A stretch of DNA of 64,000 nt, taken from NCBI GenBank assembly GCA_035221665.1, contig CM069135.1, forward strand, positions 27,156,001 through 27,220,000. Direction: 5' to 3'. Positions 27,086-40,726 of the stretch are shown in pieces; positions within the stretch are counted from its first letter, which is position 1, and every line of letters begins with the position of its first letter. The notes under the pieces are model-generated. The model ran no database searches, had not been told where the DNA came from, and worked only from the letters and a program-made list of their open reading frames with translations. Both the position numbers and the translations under genes were made by a program. This DNA is from Okamejei kenojei (taxonomy: Eukaryota).

Positions 27086-27183
27086 GTGTAACATTTTATT
27101 TGGGGACTCTTTGCCCATAGTTTCCCTTTGCAGTCCTTTGTATGAGCTCAGCATTTTTGTTGAAGGAACATGCCATCTTGCTT
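27086..27183 (-). CDS. sipa1l2: SIPA1L2 coding exon (98 nt, phase 1 to 0)
   Basis: (E)ARWHVPSTKMLSSYKGLQRETMGKESPNKMLH, similar to recalled ETKWHGPPSKVLGSYK...KDSPNKLSH. Acceptor tttctcttttag|AA, donor CAC|gtaaga. Confidence 0.9.
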
Positions 27184-27450
27184 CTAAAAGAGAAACATAA
27201 AAAAAAAATGCTGCAATCAGTTCCTTTTATGGTCAGAGATTAAAAGCAAGACACAGCGCTCAAAAGTACTAGCAACATTTCTATGTACATTTTGACTAGC
27301 AGTGCATTCAATTTTTTTTCATAATTCTCTGCATTTTGTTAGCTGTGACTCAATAGTTTGTATTGTCACTTCAGAAATAAGATATTCTGGATTCAAATCT
27401 TGAGCACAGAAGCTGATGCTGACATTCAAATGCAGATTGAAGGAGTACTA

Positions 27451-28987
27451 CAGTGCCCTCCATAATGTTTGGGACAAAGACACATTGTTTATTTATGAAT
27501 TGTGTACTCCACAATTTGAGATTTGTAATAGAAAAAAATCATATGTGGTTAAAATGCACATTGTCAGATTTTATTAATGGGCATTCTTATACATTTTGGT
27601 TTCACCATGTTGAAATTACAGCTGCGTTTATATATAGCCCCCCCCCCCCCCATTTCAGGTCACCATAATGCTTGGGACAAATGGCTTCCCAGGCGTTTGC
27701 AATTGCTCAGGTGAGTTTAATTGCCTCCTTAATGCAGGTATAAGTGAGCTCTCAGCACCTAGTTTTTCCCCCAGTCTTTCCATCACTAGCTTTCAAGAGA
27801 GAGCTAGATAGGGCTCTTAAAAATAGCGGAGTCAGGGGATATGGGGAGAATGCAGGAACGGGGTACTGATTGGGGGTTATCAGCCATGATCACATTGAAT
27901 GGCGGTGCAGGCTCGAAGGGCCAAATGGCCTACTCCTGCACCTATTATCTATTGTCTAATACCTTTGGAAAATTTATTGCTGTTTATCAACATGAGGACC
28001 AAAGTTGTTGCAATGAAAGTCAAAGAAGCCATTATGAGACTGAGAACCAAGAATACAACTGTTAGAGACATCAGCCAAACCTCAGGCTTACCAAAATCAA
28101 CTGTTTGGAACATGATTAAGAAGAAAGAGAGCATTGGTGAGCTTACTAATCGTAAAGGAACTGGCAGGCCAAGGAAGACCTCCGCAGCTGATGACAGAAG
28201 AATCCTCTCTATAATAAAGAAAAAAACCCAAACACCTGTCAGACAGATCAGAAACACTCTTCAGGAGTCAGGTGTGGATTTGTCAATGACCACTGTCCGC
28301 AGAAGACTTCATGAACAGAAATACAGAGGCTACACTGCAAGATGCAACCACTGGTTAGCTGCAAAAATAGGATGGCCAGGTTACAGTTTGCCAAGAAGTA
28401 CTTAAAAGAGCAACCACAGTTCTGGAAAAATATCTTGTGGACAGATGATATCACTTATATCAGAGTGATGGCAAGAGCAAAGTATGGAGGAGAGAAGGAA
28501 CTGCCCAAGATCCAAAGCATACCATCTCATCTGTGAAACACAGTGGTGGGGGTGTTATGGCCTGGACATGTATGGCTGCTGAAGGTACTGGCTCACTTAT
28601 CTTCATTGATGATATAACTGCTGATGTACTAGTAGCATAATGAATTCTGAAGTGTATAGACACATCCCATCTGCTCAAGTTCAAACAAATGCCTAAAAAC
28701 TCATTGGCGGGTGGTTCATTTTACAGCATTACAATGATCCCAGACACACTGCTAAAGCAACAAAGTAGTTTTTCAAATCTAAAAAATGGCCAAGTCAATC
28801 ACCCAATCTGAACCCAATTGAGCATGCCTTTTATATGCTGAAGAGAAAACTGAAGGGGACTAGACCCCAAAACAAGCATAAGCTAAAGATGGCTGCAATA
28901 CAGGCCTGGCAGAGCATCACCAGAGAAGACACCCAGCAACTGGTGATGTCCATGAATCGCAGACTTCCAGCAGTCATTGCACGCAAA
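27451..28987 (+). mobile_element. Tc1/mariner IR-DR transposon, 3'-truncated, with pseudogenised transposase (ATG 27992)
   Basis: TA|CAGTGCCCTCC start; DR cataatg(t/c)ttgggacaaa at 27461 and 27664; motifs GRPRKT, WTDD, VKHSGGGVMAW, NDPRH, SPNLNPIEH; frameshifts; no right TIR seen. Confidence 0.9.
27789..27958 (+). mobile_element. CR1 3' end inserted into the Tc1 5' region
   Basis: ttcaagagagagctagatagggctc...ctactcctgcacctattatctattgtcta, nearly identical to 7461-7628. Confidence 0.85.
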
Positions 28988-29189
28988 GGGAAAGATGTCT
29001 TGTCCAATATTTATTTCTCAATCAACATTAATTTAAAGCAGATGGATCTAGCCAATACAGCACTAATATTGGAACAATTTTGGCATGCATTAATAATTAT
29101 TTTGTTTAACACATTGCTACAGCAACCACATGTCAAAGATACTTAATTGGTTAAAAAGGTCCATGGAATATTCTGAAAGAAAAGTGTGA

Positions 29190-29476
29190 GGTGACACGGT
29201 GGTGCAGCACAAAAGACCTGGGTTTGATATTGACCACGGGTATTGTCTGTACGCAGTTTGTACGTTCTTCCCGTGACATGCTTGGCCTTTCTTCGGGTGC
29301 TCTGGTTTCCTCCCGCACTCCAAAGACGTACAGGTTTGTAGGTTAATTGGCTTTGGTAAGATTGTAAATTATCCCTAGTGTGTGTAGGATAGTGTTAGTG
29401 TGCAGGGATCGCTGGTCGGCATGGACTCAGTGGGATGAAGGGCCTGTTTCCTCGCTGTATCTTTAAACTAAACTAA
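29190..29476 (+). mobile_element. HE1/V-SINE-type SINE
   Basis: acacggtggtgcagc...ggtttcctcccgcactccaaagacgtacagg...gggcctgtttcctcgctgtatctttaaactaaact. Confidence 0.85.
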
Positions 29477-30115
29477 GAAATTAAAGGCACTATATAAATA
29501 AACGTCTTCCTTTTTGCTTTACCGCTCTGAGGGGTGGCTTGTTGGAGTATATATGATTGTGAGAGGCATAGATAGAGTGGATGGTCAAAATATTTTTCCC
29601 ATGGTAAGGGTATGAAAAACAAGAGTCCATAGTTTTAAGATGAAATTAAAAGTAGGAGTTTTAAAAGAGACCCAAGGAGCAAGTACTTTTTATTTCACAC
29701 AGAGAGTGGTCGATATTTGGAACAGGCTGACAGCCAGAGTTGTTGAATCAGACCGAATCAGAATGCTTAAGAGACATTTATACAGACACTTAAACAGGCA
29801 AGGCATGGAAAGATACAGTTCTAATGTGGGCAAATGGAACCAGAGGCACGAAAAGCAGCAAAACTCCATGCAATACGTTAAAATTTTGAAGGTTCAATAT
29901 ATTGAGCAACACAAATGTCAGATGAGTGACAACCATAACATCATAATGGCTCGATTGTAATCATGTATTGTCTTTCTGCTGACTGGATAGCATGCAACAA
30001 AAGCTTTTCACTGTACCTCAGTACATGTGACAATAAAATAAACTATAATAATACTCGACACATTTAATGATTAACAGTTGCATTTTACCAAATTAATTCT
30101 AAAAGCAAGACTTAC

Positions 30116-30222
30116 CAACACTTCTGGTCCTCTCCAATGTACCATCTCTTTCTCTTGGCCCATCATACTCTGTCAGTGCACTAGTGGAACCTTGGTGATC
30201 ATGTAGAACAGGTGATTGGCAC
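30116..30222 (-). CDS. sipa1l2: SIPA1L2 coding exon (107 nt, phase 2 to 1)
   Basis: (G)CQSPVLHDHQGSTSALTEYDGPRERDGTLERTRSV(E), similar to recalled CQSPLLLEHQGSGPLECDGARERE. Acceptor attaaaag|G, donor G|gtaagt. Confidence 0.9.
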
Positions 30223-31299
30223 CTTTTAATTACAAGCAGAATGATTTTTAATATCAACATCAGGCATATTTATCAATTTTCTGTAGTGAGTGATCACAAT
30301 CTAAGAAAGATAAACCTGCATGTATACAAAGCCAATATTGATGTTGTAATTGCACTGCCCTTTGCAATGTTTTACATAGTGCTAGATTGACTATTTGAGT
30401 GCAGCAAGATTAAATTTGTATTTACAAACATTTCATCACTTCATCAAAACTCCTGAAGCCAATGCTTTCATTTTGTAGCAATCATTTTATGTGTAAGCAA
30501 ACACAGCTCTCAACTTTCAAAGAACACGCTCCAGAGATGAATCAGCTGGCGGATTGCTGATGCAGTGCTGGTTAAGGAATGAACAAAACACTGCATGAAT
30601 TCTTTCATGGCACTGAATAGGCATGTAAAGTTTGAAGTGATCATTAACTGAGAGGTTGCACTGACATAAATCTCTGCTCTTGACTGATAATGTTTTCTGA
30701 ATTCGAAAACCTAAGTAAAACTCTAGTTATGCATCCTCAGGAGATATAATCATTGATTACCCCGCACAACAACAGAGAGCAGAGTTCAAAAGTAATGCTT
30801 TGGCTGTGAAATGCTTTGGGAATGTGTGGTCAATATTAAAGCACGTTGTTCTTCTTTAATTATTGAGTGAATTATACGACTGCTCTCCCTGACAATAATT
30901 TTGGAAAGTGGCAAATTACAAATTACAAAATGGGATTTATTACAAATCACACTTCAACCAGATTAACAATAAAGGATTGTTCTTTCAACTTAAATGCAAA
31001 GTAAAGCCTATGTTTACTTATCTACCTCCAGGGAGCACAGAAATCTCTTGCATTTTCCAGAAATCAATCGAAAAAACATCTTGTCAATCTCTGAAAAATG
31101 CTCAATAATTATTTTCTCAAATTTCCTACAGCGAAGTAGTAAACTCATTTCCTACATTTACGCAACACAGTCATGTTCCACAGAAAGTTCAATTGGTCGC
31201 AGTAGACACCAGATCAATTTAAACTAAACAGCAAATTAAAATAAAAGATGTAGGTTGAGTGAAAGTCTTTCAAAAGTATAGAGTGATGACATTGTGTAA

Positions 31300-31640
31300 A
31301 ACTTGAAGCACGTGCTCTAAACTGACAAGTGATGCGGTGATGGGGAGTGCTACATTGTCAGAGGAGTACTGCATTGTGAGAGATGTCGGTTCTTGGGTGA
31401 GATGTTAAACTGAGATCCCATCTGTCTGTAATAACTCCCATAGTACTAGTTGAACAAGGGCTGGGTAATTGTCCCTCGTGTTTTGGTAATATCTAATTGT
31501 TACTAGAACTGATTATCTTGTCAAGCTTGTCCACGGGAGTGCTGCATCTCTTATATTAAACCAATGAATACAATTCAAAAGTACATGAAGAGTATTGGGA
31601 CATTCAGAGGTCTTGAAAGGTATTATAAAAATGCAGCTTT
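31300..31640 (+). mobile_element. SacSINE1/Deu-SINE-like old SINE
   Basis: gggagtgctacattgtcagagg...gagatgttaaactgagatcccatctg...ttcaaaagtac...gaaaggtattataaaaatgcag follows the recalled SacSINE1 layout. Similar pieces at about 27340-27450 plus 28990-29180, 35465-35760 and 39960-40100 (-). Confidence 0.6.
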
Positions 31641-32364
31641 TCGGAGCATTCTAATATTCCTAATAAATTAAATCTGTCTCACTTTGAATGGTCAAATATA
31701 ATATATGTGGTGTAACATTAGATGATATCATTAAGAACATTTAATCACATGCATATGCTATAAAAACATCTGAAGACCATGAAATAATCAAAACATTTTG
31801 AAAATATTTACTACGTTCTCAAAAAAAAAATAAACTAGCATTTTCTGTGTTTTTCTTGTGATTAGCTAGATTTGAGAAGTTGCACACTTTGTTGTATCCT
31901 TTTGAAGCCTGCTGACAAAGGTCACTGGCCCAAGAAAGGATTTCTATTAGGAATTAGGAAGAAATGGCACAGAGAATGCTACCCTCGCTTCATCATGGAT
32001 TCATAGTTATCCAGCATAGATATGCCGACCAATGTCAACTTTATACACAATTCCGTCTTGATACAGGCCATCCCCAGATTGTGACCGTCTGATTTATGGA
32101 CACCCGTAGTCACAAACAAGCTCCCATAATATTATTAAATTTCATGTCCGACATTGGTACATACATTCATTCCAACAAATGGCAAAAGTATTCCCTCTCT
32201 TCACTTTTAGTCATTGTTCTTTCTTATTCATCTCATGTGCTTTTGATGCAATTCATTACAATACCATAAAGGTATGGTTACAAGTGAGTAATTTCTGTGT
32301 ATCTTCTAACATGAACAAATTGACTATGGATGTCTGTAAATTACTCTGGGACAACCTGTATATA

Positions 32365-32627
32365 TGCCCTAGCGGTATAAACATTGACTTGTTCAATTTC
32401 CGGTAGCCCTTGCTGTCTCCAACCCTCCTCCCCTTCTCAGCTCTCCCTCAGCCCTTGGGCTCCTCCTCTTCCTTTCTCCTTTCTTCTCCCCCAACCCCCC
32501 CCCCCCCCCCCCCCCCCCCCACCCTACATCAGTCTGAAGAAGGTTTTTGGCCCGAAACGTTGCCTATTTCCTTCGCTCCATAGATGCTGCTGCACTCGCC
32601 GAGTTTCTCCAGCACTTTTGTCTACCC
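32365..32627 (+). mobile_element. Penelope 3' end fragment with poly-C and hammerhead-bearing unit
   Basis: PSGINIDLFNFR* (GIY-YIG end, cf. PLGLNIEFSQFC at 54313), then agtctgaagaagg...ccgaaacgttgcc. Confidence 0.75.
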
Positions 32628-32947
32628 TGTATATATTTGATTTAGTTTGTTACAGTATAACAAATAATTTTAAAGTGATGCAGTTTTAACATTTCTTCAA
32701 AAGCATCTGCAGAGAGTGTACAATATACATCTACTAGCTAGTTATTGAAAACTGTACCCATTTAATTTTAAGTGGATTGCCTTCTTGGTAAAATACCCTT
32801 TCATTAATTGGCTGGCAGCATTGCCAGAGCTGAAGCAATATTTGAGACCTTCCGCATGCATCTCTAAGTTATTATGGAAGAATCTGTGGAGCGTTCAGGA
32901 GACCAAACTCAACTTTCTGTAAATACAAGTTGAAAATAATTGCATAC

Positions 32948-33100
32948 CCATCATATCCAGACTGTTGCCTCCAATGACTACTGCCACTCGGCCCCGGATC
33001 ACTGGAAGATGACTGGTTGCTGGGAGAGCTTCTGTAATGTTGACTGGAATCACCAACATTGGATTGCGAGAGCTGAGCATTTTCTACATCTTGCATAGAT
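32948..33100 (-). CDS. sipa1l2: SIPA1L2 coding exon (153 nt; 84 nt if the internal acceptor at 33031 is used)
   Basis: SMQDVENAQLSQSNVGDSSQHYRSSPSNQSSSSDPGPSGSSHWRQQSGYD(G); the SSPSNQSSSSDPGP...GYDG part matches SIPA1L2. Acceptor ttttcctcttgcacacag|A, donor GG|gtatgc, phase 2 to 2. Confidence 0.9.
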
Positions 33101-33899
33101 CTGTGTGCAAGAGGAAAACAAATGCTTTCAGTGTTGGGTGAAAAGAACAGTTGTTTGAAGAATCAACTCGGTGTCTATTATGCACAAATAAATGTTCTTA
33201 ATTTGAAGATAATTATATTACATTATACAGACAAATAAATTTACAGCACCAAAATGGCCATTCAGCGGACTTGACGATGAAAGTATTTATGATCCACACA
33301 AACCTTTTCCCACTTTACTTCATCTCACCTTTCAGTACCAAACTTTGCTTTTGTAACTTAAAACAAATGTTATTTTTCTCTTTCTGTCATTATCTGCAAC
33401 CAGTATCATCAATTCCTTCCAAGTTCATCAGCTCCCTATACCACTGAAAACCTAAACGTATACATTTTACAGCAACTGATCCGACATAGTTCACAAATGG
33501 TTAATTAAAAAGGGGAGAAAGATCATACTGGTTGGTTTGTTCTAGATTTTTACAGAATGGCCGAAGTCATATGGTAGCCTGTCGCTGAGTGTTTGGTTGA
33601 CGATAACATACAATGGTATGTCACTTTGTATGCAGGATGCTTAACCACACTAATGTAAAAGGGGCGATTATATTAATATTTAAGGGAAGATGCATGACCA
33701 GCAAAGCTGCTGCACTGAGACACCAGTGCAAACCAGCATTAAAACGTCCCACTGTTCAATGTGGAAATTCTGCCTGTTGAGCATGTTACTTTTGAAGAAT
33801 CTTGGGGCAGAGAAGAGGTATGCAGACAAATGAGGCAAGTAGAGATACGAGTTTCCATAACAAGCTTGATCATCAAGCAGCCAATATACTAAAATGTAT

Positions 33900-34560
33900 T
33901 TTCAAGAACCTAGGTAGGTCTTTAACATGGCAGAGTGATGGTCTGGAATTTTCAGAATGACCTTAAGGAGCTTTGGGTTATGGCTGCTTCCAGAATGCTA
34001 ATGGAGGGGCTGATGGAGATGAAAGTCTCTATTATGGCAAAGGGAGAACTTTGGAAAGTGATAAGCTGTTCGTTCAGTCCCACAAAGGTCCACGGTAGAT
34101 TACAGCCCACCATGTGACTGGGATAGGGAGAAGGCTCCATTCTGAGGTGGCAAAGGTAGTATTGAGTCTTCAAGATAGCAGAGCGAGGGTTTGGGATTGA
34201 TCTCCAGGCAAGTAGATGTATCCCATTGTGTAAATAAATATAAGATGAATGGTGTTCATTCAAGATTCCTTGAAGTTAGAGGAAGGTACATGCGTCACAC
34301 CATCCCACCAACCTGGATCTGATTGCATGGTAATCATGAGATTTGGGATTGGGAGAGGCAAAGTGAATAGCCTTTGGTATCTGTTGAGCTTTCCAGTTTT
34401 AATCACAGAAGTTAGCATTAGTATCACAGTATCCCTCGTGCACTTTGGAAAGGATAAAAATCTGGTTCTTGAAACTGGTTGGAGTGGTTGAACAGATTGA
34501 GCTCACACCTATGGCTTCACTGGGCAGAGGACTGGGCTATGCTCAGCAGTTACTGAACCA
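33900..34560 (-). mobile_element. Degenerate L2-like LINE fragment
   Basis: Broken reading LITFQSSPFAIIETFISISPSISILEAA resembles the L2 region between EN and RT; weak. Confidence 0.4.
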
Positions 34561-36054
34561 CATTCGAGGGAGAGAACCAATGTAGTTCAGAGAGCACGTA
34601 TATCAAGACAGCGATAAAAGTGAAAAACAGGAGCATTGTCTTCCAGAAAAAATATTTAACCGGTACTGTCACTTCCAAATATATTCTAAAATAAACTAAA
34701 ATGCAATGAACTGAAGCAGCTTCAGTTGGAAAAGATATCACTTCATTAATAAAAATGAACCTAGTGAAGACAAAAGATGGACAAGATATTCCTTTGATCA
34801 AAACTAATGCTAAACTGCAACCTTTTAAAGTACAAAGAAAATATCTGAAGAATAATCAACACAACTGATAATGAAACTGTCTTTCTTGTTATATACAGAT
34901 TGATCTCTATAATTGTAGAAATAAAAGGTCTCAAGGCTGTTAGTGCAGTCCAGGAACAATTAGGTCACATATACAATGTTTAATACACATCTGTGCATTT
35001 GATTAAAATGAGAAAATAATGACAATGTGAGCGGGGAGGAAATGCATCAAGTTCGACGCTGGATAATGTGCACACCTGCACTTGCTCCATGACTGATCTC
35101 AAAGCAGGATTTAGTGTTGACATAAAACCTTCAACACTAACAAAAATATTCCTTCTAACCACATACGATGAGAGGAGAGAGTTTAATTTTGACTACTTTA
35201 TCCTCTATAAATCTCCCTCCCTCCGCATCCCAATACACAGAATGGTCATCTGGCACAGAGTCAGCTTCAGTTTAGGTCTGGCTTGGGAATGGGTGATCTA
35301 CTGGTGCTCAGAATGCATCTTTCACCAATTCTTTTGCTCCTTCCCAATGCAAATGCAGCCAATGCTGTTAACACCATAGAAAGACCATTCATCTTGTCAT
35401 TTGCCTTTCTGAAAACATTGGATGATGCTACTATCCATGAATAAAAATATTTTCTACACAATATCAGCTGTGGCCCAGTTACGGAAATCAGACCTCAATC
35501 AGAAAACCGTAGGCTCGAGTTCCACACCAGAGATTTGAAAAGAGTACAATAGACTGCCGATCCCTGAGCAATATTTAAGAGTCCCACACTCTCAGAAATA
35601 TCACCTTTTGGTCCTCGTTCAGTTAAAAATAAAATTTCCCATTGCAGCATTTTGAACAGGCCAGGTCAATACTTTAAATCGTGTTTACAGAGAACAGATT
35701 ATCTGATCATCGTCATTGCTGACTTCCAAAGCAAGTGCAGATTTATCTTGTGTGAATCACCTAGAGGGAACTTCTGAGCTACACATAGAAGGGTTCCGCA
35801 ATGCAAATGCCACCCTCTACTTGTGGATAAGGGTTGGGGGCCGGTGGCGAAGGAGAACCGAATAAACCCAGCCTGCACAACTGATGAAAAAACTGACAAT
35901 CCTGTAAGTCATTTCCATTTATTTATCTGGCTGTCCAAACGTTTGAAAGCGGCAGATGCTTCTGACTTCCAGAAATATCTAATAAACTCTATTCAAACAA
36001 TTACAAACAAATTATAATTAATTAAAATTAAGAAAAACACAAATCTATCATAAA

Positions 36055-36510
36055 GATGGAAAGAGAGCAGAGAAGATTTACATGGATGTTGAGGGCCTGA
36101 GCTATAGGGTAAGATTGGGGAAGCTAAGATCTTCATCCTCAGAGCACAGGAGACGGGGGTAATCTTATAAAGGTGTATAAAATGATGAGGAAGGTAGATT
36201 GAGTGAATGCCCAGGGTAAGGGAATCAAGAACCAGAGGACATAGGTTTAAGATAAGAGGGGAAAGATTTAATAGGAACCATAGGGGCAACTTTTTCACTC
36301 AGAGTGTGATGGGTATATGGAATAAGTTTCCAGAGGAGGTAGTTGAAGCTGGTACAATAAAAACATTTAAAATGTTTTATTGGGCTCATAGCAAAGGATT
36401 AGAGGAATATGGGCGAAATTCGGACTAATAAAACAAGCTGAGATAGGACATTTTGTCCAGCATGGAAGAGTTGGGCTGAAGGGCCTGTTTCCATGCTTTC
36501 TGACTATCTA
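36055..36510 (+). mobile_element. CR1 LINE 3' fragment
   Basis: ESRTRGHRFKIRGERFNRNHRGNFFTQSVMGIWN. Confidence 0.85.
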
Positions 36511-37964
36511 AATGAACTAAAAATCATTTAATTTAATTCATCATTATAATGCCTTCCACTACTTATTCTGCTTCATTGAAATGTATAGGTTCTGTCAAGT
36601 CCAACCTGTCATATCATCTCAAGTGGGGGAAAATTGCCTCTCTTCTGAATGAGCGTCAGATCACTCAGCAAAACCACAGTACAAGCTGAATTGCAACAAT
36701 CGGACATCCACAACTGCGTAATTATTTCTAAGTTGTTGCTGGTTGCTTGGACAAACATCAGCAGTGAATACGAGAGCTCTGGATGTTTCCATACGAAATC
36801 TGGGAAATCATAGTTTGTGGAGATTGTTTTGACCAAATTGGTTGTTGAATTTCACAACATTGAGTATAAGTTTAAAATGACTCAATTGACAGTAAATACC
36901 TTGGGACAGATCGAGATTGTGAAATGTGTGATAGAAATGGAAGTCTTTTCTTTAATACACTACAAACAATTCAGTTTAAAATGTTGACATGATTTCTCGA
37001 ATATATTAGGTGCAGGTAATGTATAAGTGAAATGTAAGTGAAATGTTAAGACAATAAGGGTCCATGTATGATTTTGGTGTCAATTTTATTACCAAAGTAT
37101 TACTGCGGCTATGAAAGACCGATTTATCCTGCTGCCTAGCTTGCTATTTCAATTATATATGTTTTGTCAAATACAAATATCTGTAATAGATAATTTAAGA
37201 AATACAGCGGCCAATGCTGAAATTAGATATATGCAGGTAATAGTTGGTTGATTTGTACATTGCATTTCTGCAAGCATTTCATAAACACAATTAGATTTCC
37301 TCACCTCCAAATGAAACCAATATTCCACACCTGCCTTGCAGCAGATGGTCTAATCCTATTAATAGAAAAAGTAAATTGCATCTCTCTGTATCGCTGATCA
37401 GCCAAATCCAGAATCCCAATATGAAATCTGACACACAATACTTAAGGCTAGAGACCTCTGGAGTGCTGATAGCCCTAAAGGACTGGTGTTACCCAAATCA
37501 CTGATCGAACTTTCAAGGTCAAAGGAGGAATGAATGATTAAAGTGGTCTATTTATTATTACTTCGATCTTGTAAACCATCACTGTTGTCAGTGAGTGACT
37601 AATCCTTACGGTTGAAGGTGTGTTTGAATGTGTTATTGACTATTTTTTTGAAATTCTCCACCTGTGTCTATTTTAGATAATTATGGCACTGTGGAGAGAC
37701 ACTGACTACAAAAGGCTTACGCTTATATAATGCATTTTTTCTCTAATGCTTGCACAACACTCCCAAACACGGAACACTTTTTAAGTGAATCTACATTGTG
37801 TGAAGCACAAAAGCCAATTCTCACATAGGCAGATCCCAAATACCATAATTAGTGAGCAGTAATTTTGGATGTGGAACAAATAAGACAATTTGAACATGAA
37901 GAACTGAAAAGAAGTGGGCCATTCGTAGTGGACTCTTTGAACCTGGTCCACTATTGTTCGATGT

Positions 37965-39680
37965 CATGAGGCATATAAGGGTTGATAAATCCCCAGAGCC
38001 TGATGAGATCTATCCTTAGATGCTATGGGAAGGAAGGGGAGAGATAGATGTGGCCCTGATAGAGATTGTGTAGGAATAACCTGCAGATGCTGGTTTACAC
38101 CGAAGATAAGACACAAAATGCTGGACAGGCAGCATTGATAGATAGAAGAAATGGGTGACATTTCTGGTCAAGACCCTTCTTCAGACTGAGAGTCAAGGGA
38201 GAGGGTATATAAACGGGACTGTGGGTCCCCATCCTACCCCTTCCAAAGTCCACAATCAGGTCCATGGTTTTGCTGGTGTTGAGAGCCAGGTTATTGTGCT
38301 GGCACCATTTGGTCAGTCAGTCGATCTCTCTTCTATACTCTGACTCGTCTCCATCAGTGATACGTCCCACAACAGTGGTGTCGTCGGCGAACTTGATGGT
38401 GGAGTTTGCCCAATGACCGGCTACGCAGTCATGAGTATAGAGTGAGTACAGCAGGGGGCTGAGCACGCAGCCTTGAGGTGCTCCCGTGCTAATTGTTATC
38501 GAGGCTGACGCATTTCCACCAGTACGAACAGACTGTGGTCTGTGAATGAGGTAGTCGAGGATCGAATTACAGAGAGTGCGCAGAGACCCAGTTCTGTGAG
38601 TTTGGTAACCAGCTTGGAGGGGATGAATGTATTAAATGCCGAGCTGTAGTCAATGAATAACAGCCTGACATATGAGTTTTTGTTGTCCAAGTGGTCCAGA
38701 GCGGAGTGGAGAGCCAGCGAGATCGTATCCACCGTTGATCTGTTGTGGCGGTAAGCAAACAGCAGTGGGTCCAGGTCTAGGATGCAGAGTGGTGAAAGGA
38801 TGCTTTTCTGATTGGAAGCCTGTGACATATGGTGTTCCACAGGTATTGGTGCTGGGACCCATGTTGTTTGTGATAAAATGTATGGTTTGGATGTGAATGC
38901 TGGCAATATGATTAGAGTGTTCACAGATGACAAGGAAGTTGGTGCATTGTGGATAGCGAGAAAGGTTGTCTAAAGTGTCTTAGGTTATCTAAGCTGCAAG
39001 GTGATGCATTGTGAGAAATCAAATAAGGATTGATCAGCTACAGCACATGGTAATGTGCTAAGGGGCATCGATAACCTTGGTGTTCAAAACCATAGTTCCC
39101 TGTAACCGACTATACACACAGATAGAGTAGTAAAGAAGGCTCATTGACATGTCTACCTTCATAGGTCAGGGCATAGAATATGAAATTTTGAAGTTCTGTT
39201 GCAACTTTACAAGACAGACTGTACAGATGTGGCTGGACTGGAGAGAGTGCAGAGGAGATTTACCAAGATGTTGCCTTGGTTGGAGAATTTTAGTTATGGT
39301 GAAAGATTGGACAGGCTAGGCTTGCTTTCATTGGAGAAAAATAGATTAAGGGGTGTCCTCAGAGTATTTAAAATAAAATATAATATAGTAGATGGAACCC
39401 TTTTCCTATGCTAGGGTTATCCATATCAAGAGGGCTTAGGTGAAAGGTAAGAAGAAGAAGTTTTAAAGGGAATCTGAGGACAAGATTTTGATTGATATCT
39501 GAAACTCACTGCCATAGGTGGTGTAATCTAATATAATTACTGCATTTAAGAAACATTTAGACAGACACTTAAATAAGTAAGTCATAGAAGAAAATTAACC
39601 TAATGTGGGCATATGGGATTAGTGTTGATGGGCAAAAAGGTCGGTAGGAGATGGTGGCAGAAGACCCTTTTCTAAGACTC
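37965..39680 (+). mobile_element. Degenerate CR1 with a nested Penelope unit (about 38066-38200, -) and Rex1 RT fragment (about 38225-38780, -)
   Basis: CR1 motifs [13 protein letters not shown] and LERVQRRFTKMLP; Rex1 [47 protein letters not shown] on the minus strand. Confidence 0.8.
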
Positions 39681-40562
39681 TTCTAAACTTCAAAGAGTGT
39701 ACTCAAAGAATGCTATCACCCAGTGTACTCGTTTTCCATCTTCAATCCAGTGAACCTTCATCACCGCTAGAGCAAGTATAGCCTGCCTTAAGACCAAAAC
39801 TACTTGCAATATTCCAGATGTAACCTCACCAGAGACTAGTAAAGTGGTAGCAAAACTTCCTTTCTCCTGTAATATATTCCCCTCATAATGAGAGGCCACA
39901 TTCTATTTGCTTTTTTTTTTTTGCTAGCGCACTGGAAGACTGTGCTGCTTTCCCTCAAAATTGTGCCACAGGATCTTTACACCTGAAGGAGCAGACTCAG
40001 TTCAATGTTTCGTGTTCAAGTGGCAACCCAGCATGCATCACTCACGCAACATTGTACTCGAGTGTCAGCCTGAATTATGTGCTCCGATCTCTGGAGTGGA
40101 AAGTTCAGGGAAAGCAAAATCAATGGGGAACCCTGTATGGAGGACTGATAATGAGCAGCTGGTATAAAAATGGTTGATAAGGAATCTGGATAAGGTATTC
40201 GGAAAGAAAAATAAAGCACATATTTAGTAAACACAAAATCAAATTCCACTTTTATATTATTTCAAATAAAACCAATTCCTAAAACCCCAACTGGAAAACA
40301 TTGATTCTCAAGGAAGCATGTAATTACCTCAAATACAGACAGTGGTGATGTACGTTTGAAGTTAGCCAGTGCTTTATTTAGACACAGTTTTACAATATCA
40401 TCCTGCCCCTTCACATCTGTATCTATGTTTGTGACACAGAAATCGCAGCAAAGTGCCTGTGATATATACAGTGCAATGCTATCACCGACATACAAACCAG
40501 GAGATGGTGGAACAATCTCCCCAGGCGTGGAAGATTAAAAGGCCACAAACCTCAGGAAATTC

Positions 40563-40726
40563 TTTTTCACTTTCTTTACTTTCTCTGCTTCTATTCCCTT
40601 TTTTATTTCTCTAAAAGCCTTAAAAAAAATGAAGGGGTACAATGATTGTAATAAAACATACGGGATGTACACTGATGTAACTTACTGTACCTCTAATAAA
40701 TAAAAAAATATTTTAAGAAAAATTAA
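40563..40726 (+). mobile_element. 5'-truncated poly(A) retro-insertion with 16-bp TSD
   Basis: AAACCTCAGGAAATTC at 40547-40562 and 40727-40742; insert ends AATAAA plus an A-rich tail. Confidence 0.8.
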
